Counted from the stretch's first letter, positions 48,604-58,867 are shown. The stretch: DNA of 64,000 bases from an uncultured delta proteobacterium (GCA_963810935.1 CAWEPK010000009.1:204999-268998); one strand, 5' to 3'. Notes: generated by a model not told the origin, from the letters alone. Made by a program: numbers and translations.

Positions 48604-49602
48604 TTATGCCTCGAACAGCGTGATGATGGGATATTCCTTGATCCGGAGCACCCCGTCCAGGGTCTTGAACTTGTTCCGGATCGTGGTCTCGATCTCGGCG
48701 AAGCTCGTGCCCTGCATTAGGAGCACGATGTTGAACCGGCCGTCCGTATAGTCGCAGTTCACCACCTGGTCGTCGAAGTAGAGGGCCGGATAGACCGACT
48801 CGAGCTTCTCCTTCTCCACTTCCAGCATGACGTAGGACGAGATTCTCATGCGCGCGGCCTGCGCGGAGGCCGCTTCGCTCTCGTTTTTGTCCCTGCCGAG
48901 CGCCTTGTCGACCGTGCCCATGATGTTGATCACGTTGTCGCCAAGTATCGGCGTCTCGACGCCCAGAAGGGATACCTCGCCGACGCCTTCCAACGTCTTG
49001 ATCTCTTTATCGACCAACTCCTTTATCACGTCGGCGGTAGGGGCCTGAAGCAAAAGTACCAGGTCGCAGTCACCCCTCGTCGCGTCGCAATAGAGCACGT
49101 TGGGGTGGAAGTAGAGCGTCCGGTACGTACCGAGCAGGCTTGCGCCGCGGTCTACGGAAACCAGAGCGTACATGCTGACCGACTCCTTCTTGGCCGTTTG
49201 CTCGACGACGGGCGACTCGGGCACGACATCCGATTTCGGCTCCAACTGCTCCAGAAGCTTTGCGAGCTGGTCCATGTCGAAGGGCTTCTTCAGAAAGGCG
49301 TCGGCCGCCTTGGCCTGCTCGGAAACTGCGTCGCTGTCATAGCCGGTGATGATGATGACGGGGAGCTGGGGGTAGTTGACCTTGATGACCTTGAGCAGCT
49401 TGAAGCCGTCTATGTCAGGCAGCCTTATGTCGACGACCGCGCAGCTAAAGGGCATTGCGTTCTTCTGGTACGTCTCCAGGGTGCCGAGGGCCTTCATCCC
49501 GTTCTCGCACGGCTCGGTCTGGTAGCCCTTCTGCATGAGCCCCATGCTGACGCTCCGTCTCAAAGATGCTTCGTCATCGATTAGAAGAACTTTCTTTTCC
49601 AT
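48604..49602 (-). CDS. Response regulator: REC domain followed by two AsnC/Lrp-type (RAM-like) ligand-binding domains
   Basis: REC: VLLIDDE, VVDIRLPDIDG, KKPF. Then two repeats of an alpha/beta module resembling the Lrp/AsnC C-terminal domain (…ALVSVDRGASLL…VLYCDATRGDCDLVLLLQA… and …YVMLEVEKEKLE…VVNCDYTDGRFNIVLLMQG…). No DNA-binding domain. Confidence 0.75.
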   Translation of the reverse strand: MEKKVLLIDDEASLRRSVSMGLMQKGYQTEPCENGMKALGTLETYQKNAMPFSCAVVDIRLPDIDGFKLLKVIKVNYPQLPVIIITGYDSDAVSEQAKAADAFLKKPFDMDQLAKLLEQLEPKSDVVPESPVVEQTAKKESVSMYALVSVDRGASLLGTYRTLYFHPNVLYCDATRGDCDLVLLLQAPTADVIKELVDKEIKTLEGVGEVSLLGVETPILGDNVINIMGTVDKALGRDKNESEAASAQAARMRISSYVMLEVEKEKLESVYPALYFDDQVVNCDYTDGRFNIVLLMQGTSFAEIETTIRNKFKTLDGVLRIKEYPIITLFEA

Positions 49603-49907
49603 GATATGTCTCCTTTATATTATTTTCTGTGTTATCGATCATGCCTTTGATATAGCAAGAGCGATGCCACAAACAAAACATCAAGTGTTACATGTAGTTA
49701 GCTGTCAGGAGACATGCCCGGCGGAAACACGGGCGATAAGGAAAGATAGCCCTTTGGCTGAAACCCGCCTATTTGCAAGGGCTTTCGTCACTGTCAATAT
49801 TCTTCTCGTTTATCACCTGGACGGATTACCTTGGGAGAGAAGGGTTTGACGCTATCAAGAAATTTTATAGCAAGAAGGTATACAAAAAGAAGAAACTTGC
49901 CCGGATA

Positions 49908-50074
49908 GGGGGCGCTGAACCCCAATGATTGTCAAAGCGAGCGAATGCGAAGCGCCGAGGGGAGGCTCCATGCGGCTTCGCCGCTGGAGGGGGTGCTGAA
50001 CCCCAATAGTTGCAGCGCCGAGCGGGAAGCCTCGCCGGGCTTTGCCCGGCGAGGGTGCTGAACCCCAATAACTG
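49908..50074 (-). repeat. Three copies of the two-hairpin intergenic repeat family (minus-strand orientation)
   Basis: Plus-strand cores GGGGGCGCTGAACCCCAATGATTG (49908), GGGGGTGCTGAACCCCAATAGTTG (49989) and GAGGGTGCTGAACCCCAATAACTG (50051). The reverse complement of the middle copy, ATTGGGGTTCAGCACCCCCTCCAGCGGCGAAGCCGCATGGAGCCTCCCCTC, aligns with copy A1 at 40832. Confidence 0.8.
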
Positions 50075-50077
50075 CCC

Positions 50078-50671
50078 TCAGTGGGTGATTGCCGAATTCG
50101 CGCCTGCGCCGTATTTAATCGCGAACCAGCCGTTTCCTGCCGTACGGTATTGGTCCATGTCGCTTTCATAGATCGTTATCTTATCGTCCACAATCCGCTG
50201 AAGCGCCGTAAGGTCTACGCGGCCCGAGCGCCACATCGCCCGCACCTCCCGCACGTTCTGAGACGCATACTCCTTTTCATAGGCCGAGATAAAATCGCCG
50301 AGCGCCGCCAGGCCCTCCTTCTCCTTGCCCTGTTTCAGGAGAATCAAGGCTTTGTAGCCGAGTATTCGGATATAAGAATCGCCCTGCTTGAGTTTCGCCG
50401 CGTCCTGAACGTAACGGAACGCGCCCTCTACGTCGTCGAGATTAAAACTCGCGGTGGCCGCAAAGGCGCAAGGCTCCGATTCTGTGGGCATCGATTTGGC
50501 CGCCTTAACGAATTCGTCCAGCGATTGCTTATAGTCTCCGTCGCTGAGCAACTTCTTCCCGTTCCACATGTCGGAGCGGTATGATCCGTACTGCTTCACC
50601 TGCTGCACTTGGGAGCAGCCGAGAAGACCCAGGACAAGCACCAAAAAACATGACAGGAACACCTTTCTCAT
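50078..50671 (-). CDS. Lipoprotein with TPR-like helical repeats
   Basis: MRKVFLSCFLVLVLGLLGCSQ lipobox, then a helical region. Internal ATG at 50671 chosen over the track start at 50686. Confidence 0.65.
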   Translation of the reverse strand: MRKVFLSCFLVLVLGLLGCSQVQQVKQYGSYRSDMWNGKKLLSDGDYKQSLDEFVKAAKSMPTESEPCAFAATASFNLDDVEGAFRYVQDAAKLKQGDSYIRILGYKALILLKQGKEKEGLAALGDFISAYEKEYASQNVREVRAMWRSGRVDLTALQRIVDDKITIYESDMDQYRTAGNGWFAIKYGAGANSAITH

Positions 50672-50824
50672 TTCGATGACCTCCATCGTTAATCACTGCT
50701 GTTTTTGACAATCATATGCAAACTCGTAAAACTTTCAGACCATTACCGGCTTTTCCGCCCGGTTCCAATACCATCTACACTATAGTCGCTTCGGCCGCCG
50801 TAAAGGTTACAAAAAAACGCGGCA

Positions 50825-51826
50825 TCAAACGACAGGGCTCCAGGACACCGGTACATCCCTGTAGCCGGTGGGCGTCCTTTCGACATGGGCAACGGACGGG
50901 AAAGGATAGTGGAAGCCCTGGACCAGCATCTTATCGGCTGCGAGCATATCGTAAACCTTGCGGCGCACAGCCTCTGCCTGCACCGGATCGTGATCGACGA
51001 AGGGGTGCCAGCCGGGGTTGCGCACAAAGAGAAACGGGCAATGGGTCAGGTCCGCCTGTACGTAAACGCTGCTTGAGCCCGACGTAACGATATGGCAGGT
51101 GTGGCCGGGGGTGTGCCCTGGGGTCGCACTGGCTACGATGCCCGGGATCACTTCCCGGTCCCATTCATATGTACGCAGCCTTTTAAGCACCTCCCCGCGC
51201 ATGACGCGCCGCACGTTCTTGAAGACGCCTTCGATGCGCGGCGTGGCCGCCCGGCTCATCTCTCCGTCGTCCATCCAGTATTTGTGCTCGCGCGCAGGCA
51301 CCAGTATTTCCGCGTTCGGGAACGCGAGCGAGTTGTCGGCCCTGATGAGGCCGCTGATGTGGTCTACGTGGTAATGGGAGATGATGACTGCATCGATCGC
51401 GCCGGGGGCTATGCCCGCCGCGGCAAGGTTCGTCAGGAGCTGGCCGTTGAGGCCCCGGCTCTCCCTGTACGCTGCCTCGCCGGTCCCCGTATCGATCAGG
51501 GCGAGCGTCGTCCCGGTATTGACGACCACCGGATTGAAGGGCGTGACATATACGTCCGTCTCCATGAAGAGGGCCGCGAGAGCCGCCCGGACCTCGGCCT
51601 TTTTGACGTTGAGGGCGAGGCCGTCGGTGACGGGGAACCGGATCACGCCGTCAGTCACGACAGTCAGCTCGAAGCTCCCGACCTTGTAGCGGTAGAACCC
51701 CGGCGCCTGCCTGCCGGCAAACGGGGCGGATGCGCCGGCCGTGCGAGGCGCCGTAAACGGGACGGCTGTAGCGAGCGCCGCTGCTGCTGCGCCGGTGAGC
51801 AATTGGCGACGCGTTATCTCTGCCAT
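50825..51826 (-). CDS. Tat-exported MBL-fold metallo-hydrolase (lactonase/beta-lactamase-like)
   Basis: Twin-arginine signal MAEITRRQLLTGAAAAALA. IISHYHVDHISG and PGHTPGHT. Confidence 0.85.
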   Translation of the reverse strand: MAEITRRQLLTGAAAAALATAVPFTAPRTAGASAPFAGRQAPGFYRYKVGSFELTVVTDGVIRFPVTDGLALNVKKAEVRAALAALFMETDVYVTPFNPVVVNTGTTLALIDTGTGEAAYRESRGLNGQLLTNLAAAGIAPGAIDAVIISHYHVDHISGLIRADNSLAFPNAEILVPAREHKYWMDDGEMSRAATPRIEGVFKNVRRVMRGEVLKRLRTYEWDREVIPGIVASATPGHTPGHTCHIVTSGSSSVYVQADLTHCPFLFVRNPGWHPFVDHDPVQAEAVRRKVYDMLAADKMLVQGFHYPFPSVAHVERTPTGYRDVPVSWSPVV

Positions 51827-52008
51827 TGGTCCCCTCCTGAAGCGTCGTTCGGTCAGACAAACATATCAGGGATGGGCTATTTCCGTCAATAGCGAAATAA
51901 GCCCCTGTCCGTGCGGCCCCTTTCGAGTGTACACCGGGCAGAGGCATTGGTGCAAAGACGGTGTATAATACGGGAACGGACGCCAAACAGCCTAAAGGAG
52001 GCAAGTCC

Positions 52009-52479
52009 ATGCGGCAGGCAAAGAGGGAAATAAACGACAGGGAAGCGGTGGAAGGCATCCTGAGGGAGTGCCCCGTGGGGAGGCTCGGCACGGTGCGGCA
52101 CGACGGTTACCCCATGGTGAAGCCGCTTAATTTCGTCTATCTCGACGGCGCTATCTATTTCCACTCGGCGCGCGAGGGAGAGAAGATCGACGACATAAAG
52201 CGGGACGACCGCATCTGCTTCGAGGTCGATCTGCCGGCCATATTTGTGAAGACGACGGGTGACCCATGCTCGGCGATCGTTCTTTTCCGCAGCGTCATCG
52301 CCAGGGGGCAGGCGCGCATCGTTGAAGATAAGGACGAAGTGCTGAAAGCCCTGAAAGCACTGATGGAAAAATACCAGCCTGAAGGCGGCTATGGGCCTTT
52401 CTCCGAAGAGAAGCTCGCGATTACGGCGGTCGTGAGGATCGATATTGTCGAGATGACCGGGAAAGAGCGTTCAAAATAG
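52009..52479 (+). CDS. Pyridoxamine 5'-phosphate oxidase-family flavoprotein (NimA-like)
   Basis: MRQAKREINDREAVEGILRECPVGRLGTV...PLNFVYLDGAIYFHSAREGEK. AAGGAGG upstream of ATG 52009. Confidence 0.8.
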   Translation: MRQAKREINDREAVEGILRECPVGRLGTVRHDGYPMVKPLNFVYLDGAIYFHSAREGEKIDDIKRDDRICFEVDLPAIFVKTTGDPCSAIVLFRSVIARGQARIVEDKDEVLKALKALMEKYQPEGGYGPFSEEKLAITAVVRIDIVEMTGKERSK

Positions 52480-52519
52480 AAACACCGCTCGATGAGGCCG
52501 TCTGTACACCGCCCCGCTG

Positions 52520-53056
52520 TCATATCAGCTTGTTTTCCGCCGCTCCTGTCTTCGACAGCCTAAAAAGCATGCACGTAGAGACTGCGTGGGCGTAAAGCAG
52601 GCTATCTGCGTCGATCAGGTCCGCTTCAGCCAGGACAATGCGGGATCCTTTATGGAGAACCTTGCCGACGCAGCGCAACGGTCCCGTCTCTTTCGACACC
52701 GGCCGGAGATAATTCACCTTTATGTCCAGGGTCGTGTAACCTGTGCCTGCGGGCAGCGTGGAATGGACCGCGTAACCCACCGCTGCGTCGAGGACCGGGC
52801 AGAGTATGCCCCCCTGGACCGCCCCGAAGCGGTTATAATGGTACTCGGCCGGCGTCATCTCCATCACAGCGCGCCCCTCACTGAATTCGACTAACCGGAA
52901 ATTGACCAGGCCCCAAACGGGCGGGAGCGGGAAACGGCCGTCCAGCATGGCTTTCATCAATTCAGGGCCGCTCATGCTCAAGACGGTCTCAACGTCAACG
53001 TCGGGCCGGTCCCATGTCAGCGTCCGCCTGCCCCTTTGAGAACCTTTGTCTGTCAT
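52520..53056 (-). CDS. PaaI-family hotdog-fold thioesterase
   Basis: NRFGAVQGGILCPVLDAAVGYAV...TLDIKVNYLRPV. GGGAGG 9 nt upstream of ATG 53056. Confidence 0.8.
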   Translation of the reverse strand: MTDKGSQRGRRTLTWDRPDVDVETVLSMSGPELMKAMLDGRFPLPPVWGLVNFRLVEFSEGRAVMEMTPAEYHYNRFGAVQGGILCPVLDAAVGYAVHSTLPAGTGYTTLDIKVNYLRPVSKETGPLRCVGKVLHKGSRIVLAEADLIDADSLLYAHAVSTCMLFRLSKTGAAENKLI

Positions 53057-53217
53057 AACGCGAAGCCTCCCTTGTCGGTTGGAATAATTATAGGAATACA
53101 CGAATTGCTGTCAAGATATTTTTCACCCTTCCTATCAGGCGCGGCGAAACTCCGCCGATGCTTGCCCTTTGATGTTTTTTGTTGCACAGTCCCCTTCAAT
53201 TGGTAACAATAGTATTC

Positions 53218-55306
53218 ATGTCCATAACAGATCATGTCGTCAGGACATCGTGCAGGGGCTGCCACGGCGTCTGCCAGGTGCTCGTCCATATGGAGGGCGA
53301 CAGAATAGTCAGGGTTGTAGGCGACCCCGACAGCCCGACGAGCCGGGGTTACATCTGCCCGAAGGGGGCGGCCGCACCGGAGATATTCTACCATAAGGAC
53401 CGGCTCCTTTATCCGCTGCGGAGAGCGGGAAAGAGGGGCGAGAACAAATGGGAAAGGGTCTCCTGGGATGAAGCGATCGGCGAGATAGTAGACCGCCTCG
53501 ACCGCGTACGCGCCGAATCGGGGAGCGAATATTTCGCACATGGCGAAAGGTACAGGGAGGCCCCATTCGGAGTTCACCGCCCGGTTCGCTCAAGGCTACG
53601 GCACGCCCAATTTCCTCTCACCCGGCCACAATTGTTTCCTCCCCAGGGTGATCCTCAGCACGTTGACTGCGGGCGGCCTTCCAATCGCGGATATTTACGG
53701 CTTCGGCGGCGAGATGCCGGCGTGCGTCATGAACTGGGGATGCAACCACACAGAGACGGGGGCGTCCGACGGCATGTGCGGGGCAATGTTCAAAAGGGCC
53801 TTCATGCAGGCCAAAAAGAAGATCGTCGTAGACCCGAGGCGCATCGGGCTTGCCGAAAAGGCCGACTACTGGCTCCAACTCAAGCCGGGCAGTGAATGCG
53901 CGCTGGCCCTCGCAATGATAAATGTCATCATCGGCGAGGACCTCTACGACCACGAGTTCGTGGAGAACTACGGTTTCGGCTTCGACCGCCTGGCAGACCA
54001 CGTCCGCCCTTTCACTCCCGAATGGGCCGGTCCGATTGCAGCCATCCCAGCTTCCACGATCAGCGAGGCGGCCAGGACTTTTGCGACGACTAAGCCCGCA
54101 TGCATCCAGTGGGGCAACGGGATCGACACGAGCACGAACGCCTTCCAGACAGCCAGGGCGCTTATCATCCTTATGGGGATAACCGGCAATATCGACGCGC
54201 CCGGAGGGAACGTCTTCTGGGTGCCGCCCGAAGGCATCAGGTCGGGGCTGGACGATCTTCGTTCCAGGGACCTGATGCCTGCCGGAAAGAAGGCAGCGGT
54301 CGTCGGCAAAAGGTTCCCCTTCACTCCGGGCTGCCATGTGCCGACTTTCTGGAAATCGGTGATTACCGGCGAGCCTTACCGGGTGCGGATGATGTGGATC
54401 GTCGGCACGAACCCCATGCTTACCGCAACGCAGGGCCTGGCGATAGAGCGGGCGCTGAAAGAGTACATGGAGTACACGGTAGCCTCCGACCTCTTCATGA
54501 CCCCCGCTGCCCAACTGGCCGACCTGGTGCTGCCGGCCTCGCACTGGCTAGAGCAGGACGACATCGCCTTCATGCATGAGATCTGGTGCGCCATGACCAG
54601 GAAGAAGCTCGCGCAGATAGGAGAGGCAAGAGACGACAGGGAGGTGATCCTGGAGGTAGCCCATCGCCTGGGCCTCGATGACGCCTTCCCCTGGCTCGAC
54701 TGGCATGCATACCTCGACTGGGTTTGCGAGGGTACGGGCATGCGCTTTGCGGAGTTCAGGGAGAAAGACCTGGTTATGGGGAAGATGCGTTACAGGAAGT
54801 ATAAAGAGCATGGGTTCGCCACGCCCACAGGCAAGTTCGAGTTCTACTCGACCATTATGGAGCGCGAGGGGCGCCCTCCCCTGCCGGTCTACACCGAGCC
54901 GCCTTTGTCGCCGACGCCCGATTATCCGCTCATCCTCATGACCGGCACGAAAGGGCTCAATTATTTCCATTCGGAGCTGCACCAGATCGACTCCCTTCGC
55001 AGGCGCCACCCCGATCCCCTTGTCGAGATCAACCCCGAAACTGCGGCCCGCCTGAATATATCCGACGGCGGCTGGGTATGGGTGGAATCGCCTTATGGGA
55101 AGGTGAGGCTTAAAGCAAGGCTCATCGGAGGCATAGCGCCGGACGTCGTCAACGCGGAGCACGCCTGGTGGCGCCCGGAGGCGGCCCCGCCCGACTACAA
55201 CTGGAAGGAATCGTGCGTGAACCTGCTTTTCGGCGACGACTTTTTCGACCCCGATTCCGGGGCCGAGCCGCTGAAGTGCTACATCTGCCGCATCACCCCC
55301 GTATAG
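53218..55306 (+). CDS. Molybdopterin (bis-MGD) oxidoreductase, cytoplasmic type, with an apparent +1 frameshift near 53542-53546
   Basis: N-terminal 4Fe-4S motif CRGCHGVCQ...ICPKG in frame 1. From ...SEYFAHG the sequence continues in another frame as KGTGRPHSEFTARFAQGYGTPN... through the MGD-binding and C-terminal beta-barrel domains. Span is 2089 nt = 3n+1. Confidence 0.85.
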
Positions 55307-55372
55307 CAGATCAAATGATGTCCTTTACATTGGGCAGATAACGTTGTATGCAATATAGGCGGAGGGGCCACC

Positions 55373-56311
55373 TTGGATTTTCATGCCTGCAACCTTATTA
55401 AAGAGAACATATCCCGCGTCGTCGTCGGCAAGGAAAGGGCCGTGGAGGAGCTGCTCGTCGGCCTGCTCGCTGAAGGCCATGTACTTATCGAAGACGTGCC
55501 CGGCCTGGGCAAGACACTCCTTGCTAAGTCGCTCGCGGCGAGCATCGGCGCATCCTTCAACAGGGTCCAGTTCACGCCCGACCTCCTGCCCGCCGACATA
55601 ACGGGCTTTAGCGTCTACAACCAGCAAACAGGCCGGTTCACCTTCCAGCCCGGCCCGGTAATGACGCACGTGCTGCTGGCCGACGAGATCAACCGCACCA
55701 TCCCCCGCACGCAGTCTAGCTTGCTCGAAAGCATGGAGGAACGCCAGGTGACGGTGGACGGCACGACCTACGTCCTGCCCACCCCCTTTTTCGTCATGGC
55801 CACCCAGAACCCCATTGAGCTGGAAGGCACCTTCCCCCTGCCGGAGGCGCAGCTCGACCGGTTTCTTCTGAAGATCAGGCTCCGGTATCCCGAGATGCGC
55901 GAAGAGGTGGCGATCCTCGAGCGCTTTCAGGAAAAAGACCCTCTCAGAGAGCTTTCTGCAGTCGTCTCCCCCGAGGAGATCCACGGGATGCAGGTCGCAA
56001 GGCGCGCCGTCCGCGTTTCGGAGGCGGTCAGGTCTTACATCACCGGGATCGTGAGTGCGACGCGCAGCCACCCTGCCCTGCGCCTCGGCGCAAGTCCTAG
56101 GGGCTCCCTCGGACTGATGAGGGCTTCCCAGGCACTATCAGCCCTGCACGGACGCGATTACGTCCTGCCCGACGATGTAAAGGCCCTCGCCGTCGGCGTC
56201 CTCGCCCACAGGCTCATCCTCAAGGAAGAGGAAAGGCTGAAAGGTGCGACGCAGGAATCAATCGCCGAGGCCGTATTAGCCGCCACGCCCGTCCCTGACG
56301 GAAGCCCCTGA
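55373..56311 (+). CDS. MoxR-family AAA+ ATPase
   Basis: GHVLIEDVPGLGKTLLAKSLA (Walker A), LLADEINR (Walker B) and FFVMATQNPIE. TTG start with GGAGGGG upstream. Confidence 0.93.
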   Translation: MDFHACNLIKENISRVVVGKERAVEELLVGLLAEGHVLIEDVPGLGKTLLAKSLAASIGASFNRVQFTPDLLPADITGFSVYNQQTGRFTFQPGPVMTHVLLADEINRTIPRTQSSLLESMEERQVTVDGTTYVLPTPFFVMATQNPIELEGTFPLPEAQLDRFLLKIRLRYPEMREEVAILERFQEKDPLRELSAVVSPEEIHGMQVARRAVRVSEAVRSYITGIVSATRSHPALRLGASPRGSLGLMRASQALSALHGRDYVLPDDVKALAVGVLAHRLILKEEERLKGATQESIAEAVLAATPVPDGSP

Positions 56312-56318
56312 AACGGCT

Positions 56319-57470
56319 GTGAACGTCCAGGCGCGCCGTGTCTCAAGCGTTTTCGTCATGTACCCCAGTCTCTTCTTCGTGGGGCTGCTCCTCTTCAGCG
56401 CACTCATTTACCGCAGGGCCGACCTCGCAGTCCTCGCGCTCCTCGTTTTATGCCTCGTAGCAGGCCTGAAGGCGTGGGGCCGGTTGAGCCCGAGGGGCAT
56501 CGCGTTTGACCTCGCCGTTGACAAGATAAGGGTCTTCGCGGGCGACGGACTTACAATCTCGGCGCAGGGGCAAAACGGCAAGCTCCTTCCCGTCTGGCTG
56601 GAAGCCGCCATCCCCGCAAAAACCAGCAGGACGCAGGAGACGTTCCTTCGCGCCTCGGCCAGTCTCCTGTGGCGGCAGGGGGCACACTTCAGTTGGGAGC
56701 TGCCCGGCCTCAAAAGGGGCATAGCCTCGATCGGCCCGGCCATGACGGCAACGGCGGACCTCTTCGGGTTCTTCCCGGCCGAGAAGACGCAAGGCGACGC
56801 AATCCAGTTGGTCGTTTACCCCAGGCTCGTGCCGCTCAAAGAGTTCCGTCTGCCCAAGCGTGATTTCTTCGGCACCCCCGGCGGAAGGAGCCCTGTTAAC
56901 GACCCGGTCTACATACTGGGCACTACGGACTACCATCCGGGAAGGCCCGCCCGGTTCATCCACTGGAAGGCGACGGCGCGCCACGGCCGCCTGCAGGAAA
57001 AGATTTTCGAGCCGACCCGCCAGGCAAAGGCGCTCATCCTTCTCGACACGGAAAGGTTCTTTACTGAAAGCGCGGATGAGACCTTCGAGCGGACTATCGA
57101 AGTCGCCGCCTCGGTCGCTGCCAGACTCGACCGTGAGGGATGCGCCGTGGGCCTGCTCACGAACGGACATGTGACCGGCGGCTCGCCTTTCGTGCCCGTC
57201 AGCAGGGGGCCCGGACAGTTGTCGGCCATCCTTGAGGCCTTGGCGCGGCTCGACATGGAGCCCGCCTGCCGGATGGCGGACCTCGTCTATCGCATCGAAG
57301 TCCCCTGGGGCGCGACCTGCCTCTATTTCGCCTCGGACGAAGACGAGGCGGCCCGCGCCGTACTGGCGTGCCTCACCCGGAAGAGACTGGGACGCCTCTT
57401 CTTTACTGCGGAGGCGGCCCTGCAACTGGTGGCACGCGCAGAAAGCACGCAGCAAAGGCGGACTGCATGA
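56319..57470 (+). CDS. DUF58 domain protein (MoxR partner, vWA-like fold)
   Basis: …DYHPGRPARFIHWKATARHGRLQEKIFE… DUF58 signature. Immediately downstream of MoxR. Confidence 0.85.
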   Translation: MNVQARRVSSVFVMYPSLFFVGLLLFSALIYRRADLAVLALLVLCLVAGLKAWGRLSPRGIAFDLAVDKIRVFAGDGLTISAQGQNGKLLPVWLEAAIPAKTSRTQETFLRASASLLWRQGAHFSWELPGLKRGIASIGPAMTATADLFGFFPAEKTQGDAIQLVVYPRLVPLKEFRLPKRDFFGTPGGRSPVNDPVYILGTTDYHPGRPARFIHWKATARHGRLQEKIFEPTRQAKALILLDTERFFTESADETFERTIEVAASVAARLDREGCAVGLLTNGHVTGGSPFVPVSRGPGQLSAILEALARLDMEPACRMADLVYRIEVPWGATCLYFASDEDEAARAVLACLTRKRLGRLFFTAEAALQLVARAESTQQRRTA

Positions 57471-58867
57471 TGCGCAGCAAAGGACCACTGCTTGTTCTCC
57501 TTACGGCGCTCATGGAACTGTGCTGGCTTTACAGTTGGGCTTCCTTCTCGCTCGGCGCCACCGCTCCCCGCACGCTTTCGCTTCCTGTCCTGTGTCTCGT
57601 ATTCGGCGTTGCAGCGCTCGCCACGCGCCTGTCTTCACAGAAAGGCTGGCGCGTCGCCGCTATACTCGCCGTTCATATCCTGGGCATCGTCTGCGCAGCC
57701 GCCTTTACGGTCAGGGACGTATACTATGCTTCGTATCCACTTTTCGCAACGACCTGGCCCAGTGCGTTCTTCCACGGCGCGAGGGCGCCCCTCGATTGGA
57801 TCGTCCTGATAATCGTGCTAGCGTGGGCCGCTGCCCTCTGGGCGGCAGGCGCGACGTTCGCGCGACGGAAGAGAGACTACTACGGTGTTTGCGCCCGTTT
57901 CGATATCGGGCTAGTCGCCTTCTTCGTCCTTTTTCTCCTCACCTTCGCCGCAGAGGTGAAAGGGGGCATGCACATGGAGAACGGCCTCGCCGCCCGGCTC
58001 ATCTTCCCATTCTTCCTTTTCGGGCTCCTCGCGATAGGGACGGCCAGGGCCGAACAGGCGCAAAAGACCTTCGATGAGGGCTTTGCAGGGACGGGCCTCG
58101 TCCTTTGCGCAGCCTCGGCTGCGCTCCTTGCCGCAGGAGGCGCAGCGCTCCTTTTGATGCCCGGCATCGAAGCCGCGGCAAAGGCCGGCCAGGGGGTGCT
58201 CGCCTCTACGACGGGTCCGCTCCTGCCTTTTATGGAAAGGCTGTTGCGCTTCATCTATGCCAACCGGACGACGCTCAGGTCCGAGCCGGCAGGTGCTTCA
58301 AAAGAAACGACGTGGCTAAAGTGGCAGGCGGGCAGCGGCCATTGGCTGGGGGTATTCTTCGCCAAGGCGATGCTATGGGTCATGTGCGCCTTAGGGGTAA
58401 TACTGCTCGTCGCCATTGCCCTCGTCCTTCTCTCCTTTGTCGTCAGGTGGCTCCTGACAAGGACCGAGCGGCGTCCCGGCCGGACCGGGCAATGGACGGC
58501 CGCGCTCCGTGGGCTTTCACGGTTTCTGGAGCGTCTCATCAAGTGGCTCGGCTTCCTTCTCACGCGGCCCGTCCGGGCAGCCGATTTCTACTACAACCTG
58601 TGCAGATGGGCACGGCGCTCGGGCCTGCCGAGGGCACCTGCCGAAACCCCCTCGGAGTTCGGCATGCGCCTTTCCGGCCGCTTTCCCGGCCTCGCATCAT
58701 CCATAGGCGCTATAGTAGGCGCATTCGAGAAGGAGTTCTACGGCGGCATCGCGCTCCCCGCACGCCCGGAAGCATCCGTGCTCGCATGGCAGGCATTGCG
58801 CAGCCCAAGGCACTGGCCGCGAAGGATATGGGCGCGGGGTGCGGGGCCTGGCGCTTTGCGCGCCTGA
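57467..58867 (+). CDS. Polytopic membrane protein with C-terminal DUF4129-like domain
   Basis: ATGA overlap with the DUF58 stop. Multiple TM helices, then …FYYNLCRWARRSGLPRAPAETPSEFGMRL…FEKEFYGG, typical of DUF4129. I see no transglutaminase Cys-His-Asp core. Confidence 0.7.
   Translation: MMRSKGPLLVLLTALMELCWLYSWASFSLGATAPRTLSLPVLCLVFGVAALATRLSSQKGWRVAAILAVHILGIVCAAAFTVRDVYYASYPLFATTWPSAFFHGARAPLDWIVLIIVLAWAAALWAAGATFARRKRDYYGVCARFDIGLVAFFVLFLLTFAAEVKGGMHMENGLAARLIFPFFLFGLLAIGTARAEQAQKTFDEGFAGTGLVLCAASAALLAAGGAALLLMPGIEAAAKAGQGVLASTTGPLLPFMERLLRFIYANRTTLRSEPAGASKETTWLKWQAGSGHWLGVFFAKAMLWVMCALGVILLVAIALVLLSFVVRWLLTRTERRPGRTGQWTAALRGLSRFLERLIKWLGFLLTRPVRAADFYYNLCRWARRSGLPRAPAETPSEFGMRLSGRFPGLASSIGAIVGAFEKEFYGGIALPARPEASVLAWQALRSPRHWPRRIWARGAGPGALRA

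Noticed and set aside
49908-50074. Possible mini-CRISPR array (three ~24-nt repeats)
   Set aside because: The periods are irregular (81 and 62 nt). The 'spacers' share sequence with each other and form hairpins. The repeats are degenerate, no cas genes are in the window, and the same element occurs at 40832-41015. It is better explained as a REP-like repeat family.
53618-57488. Long minus-strand ORFs (53618-54544, 54548-55162, 55325-56071, 56448-57488)
   Set aside because: All are antisense shadows of the Mo-oxidoreductase, MoxR and DUF58 genes, which carry diagnostic motifs on the plus strand.
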